Source: Ignavibacteriota bacterium (GTDB taxonomy: Bacteria; Bacteroidota; Ignavibacteria; UBA10030; UBA6906). From it: a DNA stretch of 64,000 nucleotides. The notes under the pieces are model-generated. The model was given only the letters and a program-made list of their open reading frames with translations. It had not been told where the DNA came from and ran no database searches. The translations under genes were made by a program, and so were the position numbers. This document shows, piece after piece, positions 18,685 to 27,761 of the stretch. The stretch's first letter is position 1. Each line of letters opens with the position of its first letter. The stretch spans positions 9,538 through 73,537 of the forward strand of contig PMJR01000103.1 of NCBI GenBank assembly GCA_003158475.1, given 5' to 3'.

Positions 18685-19419
18685 ATGAAACTGAAATCAC
18701 TGTATGTCGTGCTTGCCGCGCTTCTCGTCTTCGTCCTGGGAACCGCGATGGCACAGGATAAAATGACGAAGGACCAGTGGCAGCAGGAAATCACCAAGTA
18801 CACGACGATGCGGAACGACCTGAGTGCAAAGGCAAAGGCGCTCGGCGATGATGCGACGGCATTGACCGCGCAGTCAACACAGCTCGACGCCGACTACCAG
18901 AAGTGCATGGACGCCCTCTATGCCCTCGTCGGCTCCGACGCCTCAAAGGCGGATGCATACCGCTCGGAAATCGAATCAGCGGAGAACAAGGCGAACGAGC
19001 TCTCCCGCCTCTCCGACGCCGACCTGGTTGCGCGCAGCGGCGAAGTGGATGCGCTTGCCGGGACCGTGAAGGGGCTCTGGGAGAACAAGCTATCGCTCAT
19101 CCCCGAGTTCTGGGATCGCCTGACCGCCCTCAACGACAAGGTCAAGAGCCTGCAGGCCACGCTGGGCAACCAGGTGAAGGTCTACACCGTCGGCACCTGG
19201 GCAAAAGACCGGGATTGCCTCTGGAACATCTCGAGGAAAAAGGAGATTTACGACAACGCTTGGCTCTGGCCCAGGATCTGGCAGGGGAACCGGGATCAGA
19301 TCAAAGATCCCGATGTCATTCATCAGGGACAGAAGCTCAAAATCCCCAAGGGGAACGAGCTGAACGCAGAGGAAAAGACAGCCGCGAAGAAATACTACGC
19401 CAGGAAATCAGCCAAGTAG
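18685..19419 (+). CDS. Secreted coiled-coil protein with C-terminal LysM peptidoglycan-binding domain
   Basis: Signal peptide ...GTAMA|QD. Long helical region. C-terminal YTVGTWAKDRDCLWNISRK...IHQGQKLKIP fits LysM. Confidence 0.75.
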   Translation: MKLKSLYVVLAALLVFVLGTAMAQDKMTKDQWQQEITKYTTMRNDLSAKAKALGDDATALTAQSTQLDADYQKCMDALYALVGSDASKADAYRSEIESAENKANELSRLSDADLVARSGEVDALAGTVKGLWENKLSLIPEFWDRLTALNDKVKSLQATLGNQVKVYTVGTWAKDRDCLWNISRKKEIYDNAWLWPRIWQGNRDQIKDPDVIHQGQKLKIPKGNELNAEEKTAAKKYYARKSAK

Positions 19420-19476
19420 TGGCGGGCCTCACAGGACAATGAAGGCGCTTCCCCGCACTGTGGGACGCGCGCGGAG

Positions 19477-19524
19477 CACAACCCCCTTTCCTGTCTCATA
19501 CAGGGGAGGGGGTTGTGTGTTCTT
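19477..19524 (+). terminator. Rho-independent terminator candidate
   Basis: An 11-bp perfect stem CACAACCCCCT (19477-19487) / AGGGGGTTGTG (19507-19517), with inner CCTGT/ACAGG pairs, followed by TGTTCTT. Confidence 0.6.
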
Positions 19525-19544
19525 GACAAACGAGGAAGGCGCGT

Positions 19545-20543
19545 GTGACTGAAAAAAAGATGCGGATCGAGGGTGTTGACGCCCTGGCGCTGCTGGGGTT
19601 GAACGACGCGAACCTGCAGATCGTCGAGAAGAGGTTCGACTCCACGGTGATCGTCCGCGGGGACGCGATCACGCTCCGCGGAGACCCCGGCGAGGTGGAC
19701 CAGCTCGAGCGCGTGTTCAAGGAGCTGATGTTCCTGCTGGCGAGAAACGGATCACTGACGGCCAACGACGTGGACACGGTGATAGATCTCGTGACCGCAA
19801 ACGGCGAACCGGCGCTTCCCCGGGGCATAGCCTCTTCGCTCAGCACGGACGAGCTCGATGCCCTGATCCTGTTCACAAGGAACCAGATGATCCGCGCCAA
19901 GACCCCCGGGGGGCGCGCCTACGTCCGTGAGGTCCGGAAAAACGATATCGTCTTCGCAATCGGTCCCGCGGGCACCGGCAAAACCTACATGGCCGTCGCG
20001 CTCGCCGTTGCCGCGCTGAAGAACAACGAGATCACCAAGATCGTGCTGACGCGTCCCGCGGTGGAGGCGGGGGAAAGCCTCGGATTCCTTCCGGGCGACC
20101 TCAAAGAGAAAGTCGATCCGTTCCTCCGGCCCCTGTACGACGCCCTCGACGATATGGTCCCGGCCGAGAAGCTCCGGGGCTACATCGAGAAACGGATCAT
20201 CGAGATCGCTCCGCTCGCCTACATGCGCGGCCGGACGCTGAACAACGCCTACGTCATACTCGACGAGGCCCAGAACGCCTCGACGATGCAGATGAAGATG
20301 TTCCTCACCAGGCTCGGTCCGAACTCACGCGCGATAGTGACGGGGGATGTTACCCAGATTGACCTGCCGAAAAAAACAAGCTCCGGGCTCGTGCAGGTCC
20401 AGGAAGTGCTCCGCGGGGTGGCGGGAATCTCGTTCGTCTACTTCGACAGGAACGACGTCGTCCGCCACCGGCTCGTGAAGGACATCATCGACGCCTACGA
20501 AAGGCACGCGAACGGGAAGGCGCGTGAAGGGGAGGAGCTCTGA
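19545..20543 (+). CDS. phoH: PhoH-family ATPase
   Basis: Walker A GPAGTGKTY, plus ILDEAQN and VTGDVTQIDLP. GTG 19545 has GAGGAAGG upstream; ATG 19560 is an alternative. Confidence 0.9.
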   Translation: MTEKKMRIEGVDALALLGLNDANLQIVEKRFDSTVIVRGDAITLRGDPGEVDQLERVFKELMFLLARNGSLTANDVDTVIDLVTANGEPALPRGIASSLSTDELDALILFTRNQMIRAKTPGGRAYVREVRKNDIVFAIGPAGTGKTYMAVALAVAALKNNEITKIVLTRPAVEAGESLGFLPGDLKEKVDPFLRPLYDALDDMVPAEKLRGYIEKRIIEIAPLAYMRGRTLNNAYVILDEAQNASTMQMKMFLTRLGPNSRAIVTGDVTQIDLPKKTSSGLVQVQEVLRGVAGISFVYFDRNDVVRHRLVKDIIDAYERHANGKAREGEEL

Positions 20544-20581
20544 GGTCTCCCGGTCCCGCCTGAAATCGGCGGGACTGTGAG

Positions 20582-21400
20582 TCATGCCTCGGAGCGGCGT
20601 GACCGTTGGCGGCGGCGGCCGGGCCGTTTCTTCTTCGCTTCCTCCCAGAGTGCGTCCATTGCATGGAGCGATGCGTCGCCGGTTCTGATCCCGCGCGCGG
20701 CCAGACTTTTCTCGATGTACTGGAAGCGGCGCGTGAATCTCTCCACGGTTCCCCGCAGCGCGCGTTCCGGATTCACACCGGTGAACCGGGCGTAATTTAC
20801 TAGTGCGAAGAGGAGGTCCCCGAATTCTTCTTCCCGGCGGCGCCTCCCCCGTGCCGCGCGCACCTCCTCCGCCTCCTCCGTGACCTTCTTCAGGACGTCC
20901 TCCGTTTTCGGCCAGTCGAACCCGACGGCAGCGGCCCGCCGCTGGACCTGCATCGCCCGCTGGATCGCCGGGAAGCCGCGGGGGATCCCCTCGAGCACCG
21001 AGCGCCGTCCCTCGTTCATCTTGAGCTGTTCCCAGTTTTTCAGCACGTCGCCCGCTCCCTTCGCCCGCACGTTACCGAAGACATGCGGGTGCCGCCGCAC
21101 CAGTTTGTCGCTGATCCCGGTGAGGACCCGGGCGAAGGTGAATTCGCCCGACTCTTCCCCGATCGTGGCATGCATGGCGATGTGGAGCATCAGGTCGCCG
21201 AGTTCCTGTGACAGGTCCGCGGTGTCACGCCGGTCCACCGCATCGAGCACTTCATATGTCTCCTCAAGGAGGCTCTCTCCGAGCGAGCGATGCGTCTGCT
21301 TCCTGTCCCACGGGCATTCTTTCCGGAGCCTCCGGACTATGGAGACGAACCGGCGGAACTCGCCTGCGGGGACGGGGTGGCGGCGGCGTGCACTGATCAT
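20582..21400 (-). CDS. mazG: MazG nucleoside triphosphate pyrophosphohydrolase
   Basis: Start set at ATG 21400 (MISARRR...). Two MazG repeats are present (CPWDRKQTH...EETYEVLDA and FDWP...EEAEEV...EEFGDLLFALVN). The upstream 344 codons of the ORF-track call run antisense to the amidohydrolase gene. Confidence 0.85.
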   Translation of the reverse strand: MISARRRHPVPAGEFRRFVSIVRRLRKECPWDRKQTHRSLGESLLEETYEVLDAVDRRDTADLSQELGDLMLHIAMHATIGEESGEFTFARVLTGISDKLVRRHPHVFGNVRAKGAGDVLKNWEQLKMNEGRRSVLEGIPRGFPAIQRAMQVQRRAAAVGFDWPKTEDVLKKVTEEAEEVRAARGRRRREEEFGDLLFALVNYARFTGVNPERALRGTVERFTRRFQYIEKSLAARGIRTGDASLHAMDALWEEAKKKRPGRRRQRSRRSEA

Positions 21401-21538
21401 GGCGTCCTCTCCCTGAAGTGACGTGCAACGTAGGGAATGCCCCGCTGAGTTGCAACGCGGCTGGAATCTCAGCGACCGGATGTCTATATTGCCTCCCTCT
21501 TTTGCACCGGATGCTCCGTTCTCCTCACAGGTACGTCG

Positions 21539-23245
21539 ATGAAAAAAAAGGTCGCAGTGTCGGCCCTCGTGATCGGGGCCGGTGTGCTCCTGTATTCCCT
21601 CCTCTCCAGGCCCGGAGATGCATCCATGATTCTTCTGAACGGCGTCATCTATACGCTCGACGAAGGGAAGCCCATCGCCTCGGCGTTGGCGATCCGTGGG
21701 GACAGGATCCTCGCGGTGGGGTCGGACCACGAGATCCGCTCCTCCTACCGCGCCGAAAAAACGATTGACCTCGGGGGGAAGCCTGTCTATCCCGGCTTTA
21801 TCGACTCCCATGCCCACCTGGAGGGCCTTGGGGCGGCGCTGATGAATCTTGATCTCTCGGGCACACTCTCCGAGGAGGAAGCGGCCGGACGGGTGGCCCG
21901 AGCGGTGCGCGATACTGCGGGGGGAGGATGGATCCGGGGGCGCGGATGGGATCAAAACCGCTGGCCCGGAAATGGATTCCCGACGCGGGCGTCGCTCGAC
22001 CGGGTGTCCGCTTCGGTCCCTGTTTTCCTGACGCGCGTGGACGGGCATGCCGTGTGGGTCAACAGCAAGGCTCTTGCAATCGCGGGGATCGATGAGAAGA
22101 CCCCGGATCCTCCCGGGGGAAGGATCGTCCGAGACAGGAAAGGGAGGCTCACCGGCGTGTTCATCGACAACGCCGTGGATGCCCTCCAGAGCATGATTCC
22201 TCCTCCCTCGGAGGAGGAAAGGACCGAAGCGATACGCAGGGCGGTCCGGGCCTGTGTCGCCTCTGGTCTGACCGAAGTCCATGACATGGGTGTCGATTCG
22301 GGTGGCGTGGCGATTTACAGGAGTCTCATTGACAGGGGACAGTTCCCTTTCCGCGTGTATGTGGCCCTCAGAGGCTCGTCTTCCGGGTCCTGGGCGCGCT
22401 TCCGGAACTCGGGCCCCCTGAAGGAGACTCACGCGGGGAGGCTGACCGTCCGGGCGGTGAAATTTTACGCTGACGGGGCGCTCGGGTCGAGAGGGGCGGC
22501 ACTGATCGAACCGTACTCTGACGATCCGGGGAACAGAGGGCTCACACTTACGTCACGGGCCGAGTTGCTCGGGGCGGCGGAAGAAGCGCTCGACGCGGGG
22601 TTCCAGCTCTGCACGCATGCTATCGGCGACAGGGCGAATGCGTTCGTCCTTGACGTCTATGACGAGGCCCTTACATCCCGGGGCGCGAAGGGGCGGGACA
22701 TTCGTTTCCGGGTCGAGCACGCGCAGGTGCTCTCGAGAGCGGACATTCCCCGTTTCAAAGCGCTGGGTGTTATCCCGGTGATGCAGGCCTCCCACTGCAC
22801 GTCGGACATGCCCTGGGCGATCAAGAGACTCGGCCCTGAACGGATACAGGGGGCCTACGCGTGGAGATCGCTCCTGCGTCAGGGGAGCATTGTTCCGGGC
22901 GGATCGGATTTTCCCGTCGAGAGCCCGAACCCCCTGTGGGGGTTCTACGCCGCCGTCACCCGGCAGGATCAGAACGGGCTCCCGGAGGGGGGGTGGAACC
23001 CGGGAGAGCGGATGACGCGTGAGGAGGCGCTAAGATCATACACGCTCTGGGGGGCATTCGCGGGGTTCCAGGAAAAAGAAAAGGGGAGCATCGAACCCGG
23101 AAAATGGGCGGACCTGGTTGTACTTACTGATGACATCATGAAGATCGATCCCCCGAAGATTCTGACAACGCGTGTGGCGGCGACCATCATCGCGGGGGAG
23201 GTCGTGTACGACGCGCCCCGGGAAAGCGGGGGCCTCGCGCAGTGA
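21539..23245 (+). CDS. Amidohydrolase-family metal-dependent hydrolase (YtcJ/Amidohydro_3-like), N-terminal membrane anchor or signal
   Basis: Motifs PGFIDSHAHL, KFYADGALGSRGA, HAIGDRAN and GSDFPVE. Confidence 0.8.
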   Translation: MKKKVAVSALVIGAGVLLYSLLSRPGDASMILLNGVIYTLDEGKPIASALAIRGDRILAVGSDHEIRSSYRAEKTIDLGGKPVYPGFIDSHAHLEGLGAALMNLDLSGTLSEEEAAGRVARAVRDTAGGGWIRGRGWDQNRWPGNGFPTRASLDRVSASVPVFLTRVDGHAVWVNSKALAIAGIDEKTPDPPGGRIVRDRKGRLTGVFIDNAVDALQSMIPPPSEEERTEAIRRAVRACVASGLTEVHDMGVDSGGVAIYRSLIDRGQFPFRVYVALRGSSSGSWARFRNSGPLKETHAGRLTVRAVKFYADGALGSRGAALIEPYSDDPGNRGLTLTSRAELLGAAEEALDAGFQLCTHAIGDRANAFVLDVYDEALTSRGAKGRDIRFRVEHAQVLSRADIPRFKALGVIPVMQASHCTSDMPWAIKRLGPERIQGAYAWRSLLRQGSIVPGGSDFPVESPNPLWGFYAAVTRQDQNGLPEGGWNPGERMTREEALRSYTLWGAFAGFQEKEKGSIEPGKWADLVVLTDDIMKIDPPKILTTRVAATIIAGEVVYDAPRESGGLAQ

Positions 23246-24516
23246 AAGACCTGTGGAATCTGGTCCCGGGCGCCTTCCACACAGAACGGAGGAATTTCCT
23301 CCTGAATACCGTTGAAGGGGCGCTCTTTGTAGCCTCGGCGGCGTTCATCAACCCGCAGACCGTCCTGCCGGCACTTGTCAACAGGCTCGGGGGAAGCAAT
23401 ATCGCCGTCGGAGCCCTGGGGGTCCTGGTGTATGTCGGGCTGTTCATCCCCCAGATATTTGCCGCGCGGTACGTCGAAACGATCCCCTGGAAGAAGCCCT
23501 GGTCGCTGGGATTCGGGGCCACACACAGGCTGTTTCTGCTCGTCATGGCATTTGCCATACTCCTCCTCGGGAGCGACCGGCCGTCCCTTGCACTCTGGCT
23601 CTTCCTTCTCCTGTATACGGCGATGCAGGTGGTCGTCGGTATTTCCACGCCCGGCTGGTTTGACCTCTTTGCAAAGCTGACTCATCCCGGGAAACGGGGA
23701 CGCCTCGTGGGCCTCCGTAATTCCGTGGGGGGAGGGTGCGCGTTCGTCTGCGGGCTCTGCCTCACCTGGATACTCGCGAGATTCACATTCCCGGCCTCCT
23801 ATGCAATCGCGTTTTTCGCGGCGTTTGCTCTCCAGATGGCTTCACTCGCCACGCAGTCGGGGCTCGTGGAAAGCGAGCCGAGCGCCGTCTCTCCCCGCCG
23901 CCCCTTCTTTGCGTTTCTGAAGGAACTCCCCGATGTCCTGAAATCCAATCCCCCGTTCAGGAGGTTCATCACCGCCTGCGCGATGCTCACGTTCGCCACG
24001 ATGCCTGTGAGCTTTTTCACCGTGTACGCGCTCGGGAGGTTTCAGGCCGATGAGTCGTCGATAGGAGAATTCACGCTCATCATGGTGGCGATCCAGGTGG
24101 TAGGCGCGCTCGTCACCGGCTACCTGGCGGACAGGTACGGGAACAAGACCTCGCTCCTTGTCGCATCTGCCAGCCTGCTCGGGGCGACCATCACGGCGCT
24201 CGCGGCGCCGACGCTCGGCTGGTTCCGTCTGGTGTACCTCTTCCTCGGAGTCAACCTGGGGACCGAGATGATGGCGCGGTACAACATGTCGATCGAATAC
24301 GGACCGGCGAACAAGAGATCGACGTACGTCGGACTTATGAACACACTCCTCGCCCCGTTTTACCTCTCGGGGATGATCGGCGGGATTCTGAGCGAGTGGT
24401 TCGGCCTTCCGGCCGTCTTTCTCGTCGGCGGCCTTTCCTCCGTGGCCGGAATCACCTATCTTGTCCGAAACGTCCGCGAACCGCGGACACTCATCGTGCA
24501 GGAGGGGCCTGCGTGA
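23242..24516 (+). CDS. MFS transporter
   Basis: GTGA overlap with the amidohydrolase gene. About 12 hydrophobic spans in an MFS-like two-half organisation. Confidence 0.7.
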   Translation: MKDLWNLVPGAFHTERRNFLLNTVEGALFVASAAFINPQTVLPALVNRLGGSNIAVGALGVLVYVGLFIPQIFAARYVETIPWKKPWSLGFGATHRLFLLVMAFAILLLGSDRPSLALWLFLLLYTAMQVVVGISTPGWFDLFAKLTHPGKRGRLVGLRNSVGGGCAFVCGLCLTWILARFTFPASYAIAFFAAFALQMASLATQSGLVESEPSAVSPRRPFFAFLKELPDVLKSNPPFRRFITACAMLTFATMPVSFFTVYALGRFQADESSIGEFTLIMVAIQVVGALVTGYLADRYGNKTSLLVASASLLGATITALAAPTLGWFRLVYLFLGVNLGTEMMARYNMSIEYGPANKRSTYVGLMNTLLAPFYLSGMIGGILSEWFGLPAVFLVGGLSSVAGITYLVRNVREPRTLIVQEGPA

Positions 24517-24551
24517 GGAAAACTGGTGTGAGGGTGAGACGGAGTTGCTCG

Positions 24552-24580
24552 TTGCATTTCGGGCGCGACGGTGATATATT
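24552..24580 (+). promoter_or_regulatory. sigma70-type promoter candidate (TTGCAT-N17-TATATT), -10 only 9 nt from the prmC ATG
   Basis: TTGCAT at 24552-24557 and TATATT at 24575-24580. The ATG is at 24590 with no Shine-Dalgarno in between. Confidence 0.5.
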
Positions 24581-24589
24581 GCACCGTGT

Positions 24590-25516
24590 ATGACGACGCC
24601 CCTGCCCACGAACGAGGACGCTCCGGAGCGGAAGTGGACAGTACTGCCGCTTCTGGAATGGACGGCGCACTATCTGCGGGAGCGGTCATTCGAAGAATCC
24701 CGGCTCAATGCGGAACTGCTTCTGGCGCACGCTTTGCGCCTTCCCCGGCTCGGCCTGTATCTCCAGTTCGACAGGCCGCTTGCGGCACGCGAGCTCGCAC
24801 TGTTCAAAAAATTGCTGCTGCGACGGATGACGCACGAGCCGGTACAATACATACTGGGGGAGACGGAGTTCATGGGGCTCCCCTTCGAGGTCACCTCCGC
24901 CGTCCTCATCCCGCGGCCCGAGACCGAAAATCTGGTCGAAGAGTCGATCCGATGGCTGAAAAGCTCCGGGAGCGCCGGGGGGCGCATACTCGAGATCGGG
25001 ACAGGCTCGGGGAATATTGCAGTCGCCCTGGGGAAATTCCTCCCCGGTGCGCACGTCACATCGCTGGAAACGAGCGGCGATGCGCTCGAGGTGGCCCGCC
25101 GCAACTGTGAGCGTCACGGCCTGGGGAACGTGGAGTTCCTTCGGAGGGACGTCTTCTCAGCCGAGCTTGAAGGGGAATTCGACGGGCGCGTGTTCGACGC
25201 GGTGGTGTCGAATCCTCCATATGTCAGCGAGGCGGAATTCAATCTCCTCGAGCCGGAGGTGAGGGAGTTTGAGCCGCGGCTCGCAACGACCGACGGGGCC
25301 GACGGGTTCCGGTTCATCCGGAGAATCGCCGGTCTCGCGACGGGGGTTCTCCGCCCCGGCGGGGGGATGTTCCTGGAGATCGGCTACGGGCAGGCGGAGG
25401 CCGCCGCAAGGATCGCCCGCGAGTCCGGGCTGACCGGCATAGGAGTTCAAAACGATTTCGGCGGCATCGGCCGCATCCTCACGGGATTCGCCGCGGGGGG
25501 ATTTCCTCCGTCGTGA
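24590..25516 (+). CDS. prmC: Release-factor glutamine N5-methyltransferase (PrmC/HemK)
   Basis: Motifs EPVQYILGETEFMGL, ILEIGTGSGNIA and VSNPPYV. Confidence 0.9.
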   Translation: MTTPLPTNEDAPERKWTVLPLLEWTAHYLRERSFEESRLNAELLLAHALRLPRLGLYLQFDRPLAARELALFKKLLLRRMTHEPVQYILGETEFMGLPFEVTSAVLIPRPETENLVEESIRWLKSSGSAGGRILEIGTGSGNIAVALGKFLPGAHVTSLETSGDALEVARRNCERHGLGNVEFLRRDVFSAELEGEFDGRVFDAVVSNPPYVSEAEFNLLEPEVREFEPRLATTDGADGFRFIRRIAGLATGVLRPGGGMFLEIGYGQAEAAARIARESGLTGIGVQNDFGGIGRILTGFAAGGFPPS

Positions 25517-25989
25517 TGGCCCTCGTCCAGCGAGTCAGCGAAGGGGCCGTCTGGATTCACGGAGAAGAGACGGCCAGGATCGGGAAGGGATACGTCATAC
25601 TCGTCGGCGTGCGGAAGGGGGACACCGGGAAGGATGCACTCTCCCTCGCGGAGAAATGTGCGGCACTCCGCGTCATGGAGGATGCGGAGGGGAAAATGAA
25701 CCTGAGCCTCGCCCACGCGGGCGGAAGCGCGCTCGTGGTCTCACAGTTCACGCTGTATGCCGACACGCGGAAAGGGAACCGCCCCGGATTCGGCGAGGCC
25801 GCTCCCCCCGAAGAGGCCGCCCCGTTGTATGAGGCGTTCCTCGGGAGAATGAAGGAGATACTGGGGGAGGAAAAAGTCCGGAGCGGAGAATTCCGGGCGA
25901 TGATGAGCGTGAGGATCGTGAACGACGGTCCGGTCACGGTTCTGATCGAATGTCCAATTCACAACCAGCCTAGGAGCGCATCGTCATGA
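25516..25989 (+). CDS. dtd: D-aminoacyl-tRNA deacylase
   Basis: Motifs MALVQRV..., VSQFTLYADTRKGNRPGF and NDGPVT. ATG 25516 is preferred over GTG 25513. Confidence 0.9.
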   Translation: MALVQRVSEGAVWIHGEETARIGKGYVILVGVRKGDTGKDALSLAEKCAALRVMEDAEGKMNLSLAHAGGSALVVSQFTLYADTRKGNRPGFGEAAPPEEAAPLYEAFLGRMKEILGEEKVRSGEFRAMMSVRIVNDGPVTVLIECPIHNQPRSASS

Positions 25990-26759
25990 CCATGCTGACT
26001 CGTGTACGCTACGCGGGGATCGCCCTACTTCTTTCCGCATCACTCGCGCCGCGGGTCCTGTTCGCACAGGACACATTCGGAACACTCAGCAGCGCGCACT
26101 TCGAAGTGAAGTACCAGCGGGGTGTACCGCAGGGGGACGCTCGCAAGGTGATGGATTATCTGCAGTCGGAGTACAGATCACTTTCGGCGGATCTCGGCCT
26201 TGAACCGAAGGTGAAGATCGATGTGCGCATCTACGAATCGGTGGGAAAGTTTCTCGAAGAGACGACGCTCAAAAGGCCGTGGCGGACCGCGTTGTACCAG
26301 CGCGGCACCCTGCATCTTCAGCCGATCTCGGCGATGACGCAAAGGAAGCTCTTTGAGAAGTCGATCGCCTACGAAATAGCGCTTGCGTTCCTGGAGGCGA
26401 GCGGACAGAAGGGTTGTCCCCGCTGGCTTGTCGAATCGTTCGCCTCGTACTACTCCGGCGAGACGGCAGGCATGACGCCTCCACTGGGGGCCAGGCTCAC
26501 TGCATTTTCCGACCTCAACCAGGACATTCAGGAATACCCCAATCCCCCCCAGCGGGAAGACGTGCATTACATCCTCTCGAGCACGATGACCTACTTTGTC
26601 CAGAAATACGGGGAGAAACGTGCGTTCAGGCTCTTCCGCGAATTCGACGGAACGACGTCGGTGGACAGGGTCTTCAAGAAAGTGTTCGGGGATGAATACT
26701 CCACCATCGAAAAAGGGTGGTCGAAGTACATCGCCTCACGCACCGCCTCATTCAAGTAA
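25986..26759 (+). CDS. Hypothetical secreted protein
   Basis: ATGA overlap with dtd. N-terminal signal peptide (...LAPRVLFAQD). I recognise no catalytic motif. Confidence 0.5.
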   Translation: MTMLTRVRYAGIALLLSASLAPRVLFAQDTFGTLSSAHFEVKYQRGVPQGDARKVMDYLQSEYRSLSADLGLEPKVKIDVRIYESVGKFLEETTLKRPWRTALYQRGTLHLQPISAMTQRKLFEKSIAYEIALAFLEASGQKGCPRWLVESFASYYSGETAGMTPPLGARLTAFSDLNQDIQEYPNPPQREDVHYILSSTMTYFVQKYGEKRAFRLFREFDGTTSVDRVFKKVFGDEYSTIEKGWSKYIASRTASFK

Positions 26760-26780
26760 ACTGCTGAAGGGGGGGAGTGT

Positions 26781-27707
26781 GTGCGGCGGGTTCTGATGCT
26801 CTTTTTGGACGGTGTGGGGATCGGCGTGAAGGACCCGTCGGTCAACCCTCTTTTCGCGGCCCGCATGCCGGCACTTCGCTCCATGTTCGGTGGCGAGCTC
26901 CCGTCGCTGGGCCGGAGGCGGATCAGTTCGGGCGCAGCCTCCGTGCTCCCCCTGGACGCCACGCTGGGGGTTCCCGGCCTTCCGCAAAGCGGTACGGGGC
27001 AGACGTCACTCTTCACCGGAGCGAACGGGGCGGTTCTTGCAGGGAAACATTTCGGGCCTCACCCGTACTCGACGTTGAAACCGGTCATCGCGGAGCGGAG
27101 CATTTTCCGCCGCCTCCGCAACGCGGGCAAATCCCCCCTGTTCGCAAACGCCTTCCCGCAACGGTTTTTTGATTACCTGGGCGGTCACCGCTCGCGCATG
27201 TCGGTGACGACGCTCTCCTGCACGACAAGCGGTGTGCCGCTCCTGCGGGCCGAAGACCTTGCACGCGGGATGGCGGTCTCCGCCGATATCACAAATGCAG
27301 GGTGGCACGCACTCGGGTATCCGGACATCCCGGTGATCCCGCCGGCGGAGGCGGGGGAACGGCTCTCCAGGCTCTCCCGGGAACACGATTTTGTCCTCTT
27401 CGAGTACTGGAAAACCGATTTCGCCGGGCACGCGATGAATGCCCGGGAGGCGGTCAGCGTCCTCGAGACGTTTGACGCGATGCTGGGGGGGATCCTCGAC
27501 TCTCTCGACACGGTTGAAACGCTCCTCCTCGTCACGAGTGACCACGGAAACATAGAGGACCTGACGACGAAGACGCACACCCGCCATCCCGTGCCGCTGA
27601 TACTCTACGGTGCGGGAGCACGGTCATTCGCGGACCGTTTCGAGCCAGGCGCCGACCTGACTGCCGTTACCCCGTCGCTGCTCGAATACACGGGCGGCGC
27701 GCTCTAA
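26781..27707 (+). CDS. Metalloenzyme-superfamily protein (alkaline-phosphatase core; cofactor-independent phosphoglycerate mutase / phosphopentomutase-like)
   Basis: N-terminal LMLFLDGVGIG and C-terminal LLVTSDHGNIED metal-site motifs. It is shorter than canonical iPGM. Confidence 0.6.
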   Translation: MRRVLMLFLDGVGIGVKDPSVNPLFAARMPALRSMFGGELPSLGRRRISSGAASVLPLDATLGVPGLPQSGTGQTSLFTGANGAVLAGKHFGPHPYSTLKPVIAERSIFRRLRNAGKSPLFANAFPQRFFDYLGGHRSRMSVTTLSCTTSGVPLLRAEDLARGMAVSADITNAGWHALGYPDIPVIPPAEAGERLSRLSREHDFVLFEYWKTDFAGHAMNAREAVSVLETFDAMLGGILDSLDTVETLLLVTSDHGNIEDLTTKTHTRHPVPLILYGAGARSFADRFEPGADLTAVTPSLLEYTGGAL

Positions 27708-27761
27708 GACCCGGCCCTGGCCGGGGCATGCCCGGGGGCATGTCACAGGGAGAAAAACCTG

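Noticed and set aside
19523-19545. CTTGACA upstream of phoH as another promoter.
   Set aside because: There is no acceptable -10 hexamer at 16-18 nt (TGACTG), and the phoH GTG start lies only 17 nt downstream. The match is more likely chance, sitting next to the terminator.
21401-22432. 5' extension making the mazG ORF 616 aa. Analogous extensions exist for mqnD (5583..5924), the TPR protein (15402..15542), trpS (40402..40668), PduS-like (44683..44949), lysS (50793..50909), xerC/D (61054..61251) and ybeY (57760..57939).
   Set aside because: The extensions overlap neighbouring genes, lack family similarity and have atypical composition. Internal starts with an RBS or stop-start overlaps give proteins of normal family length.
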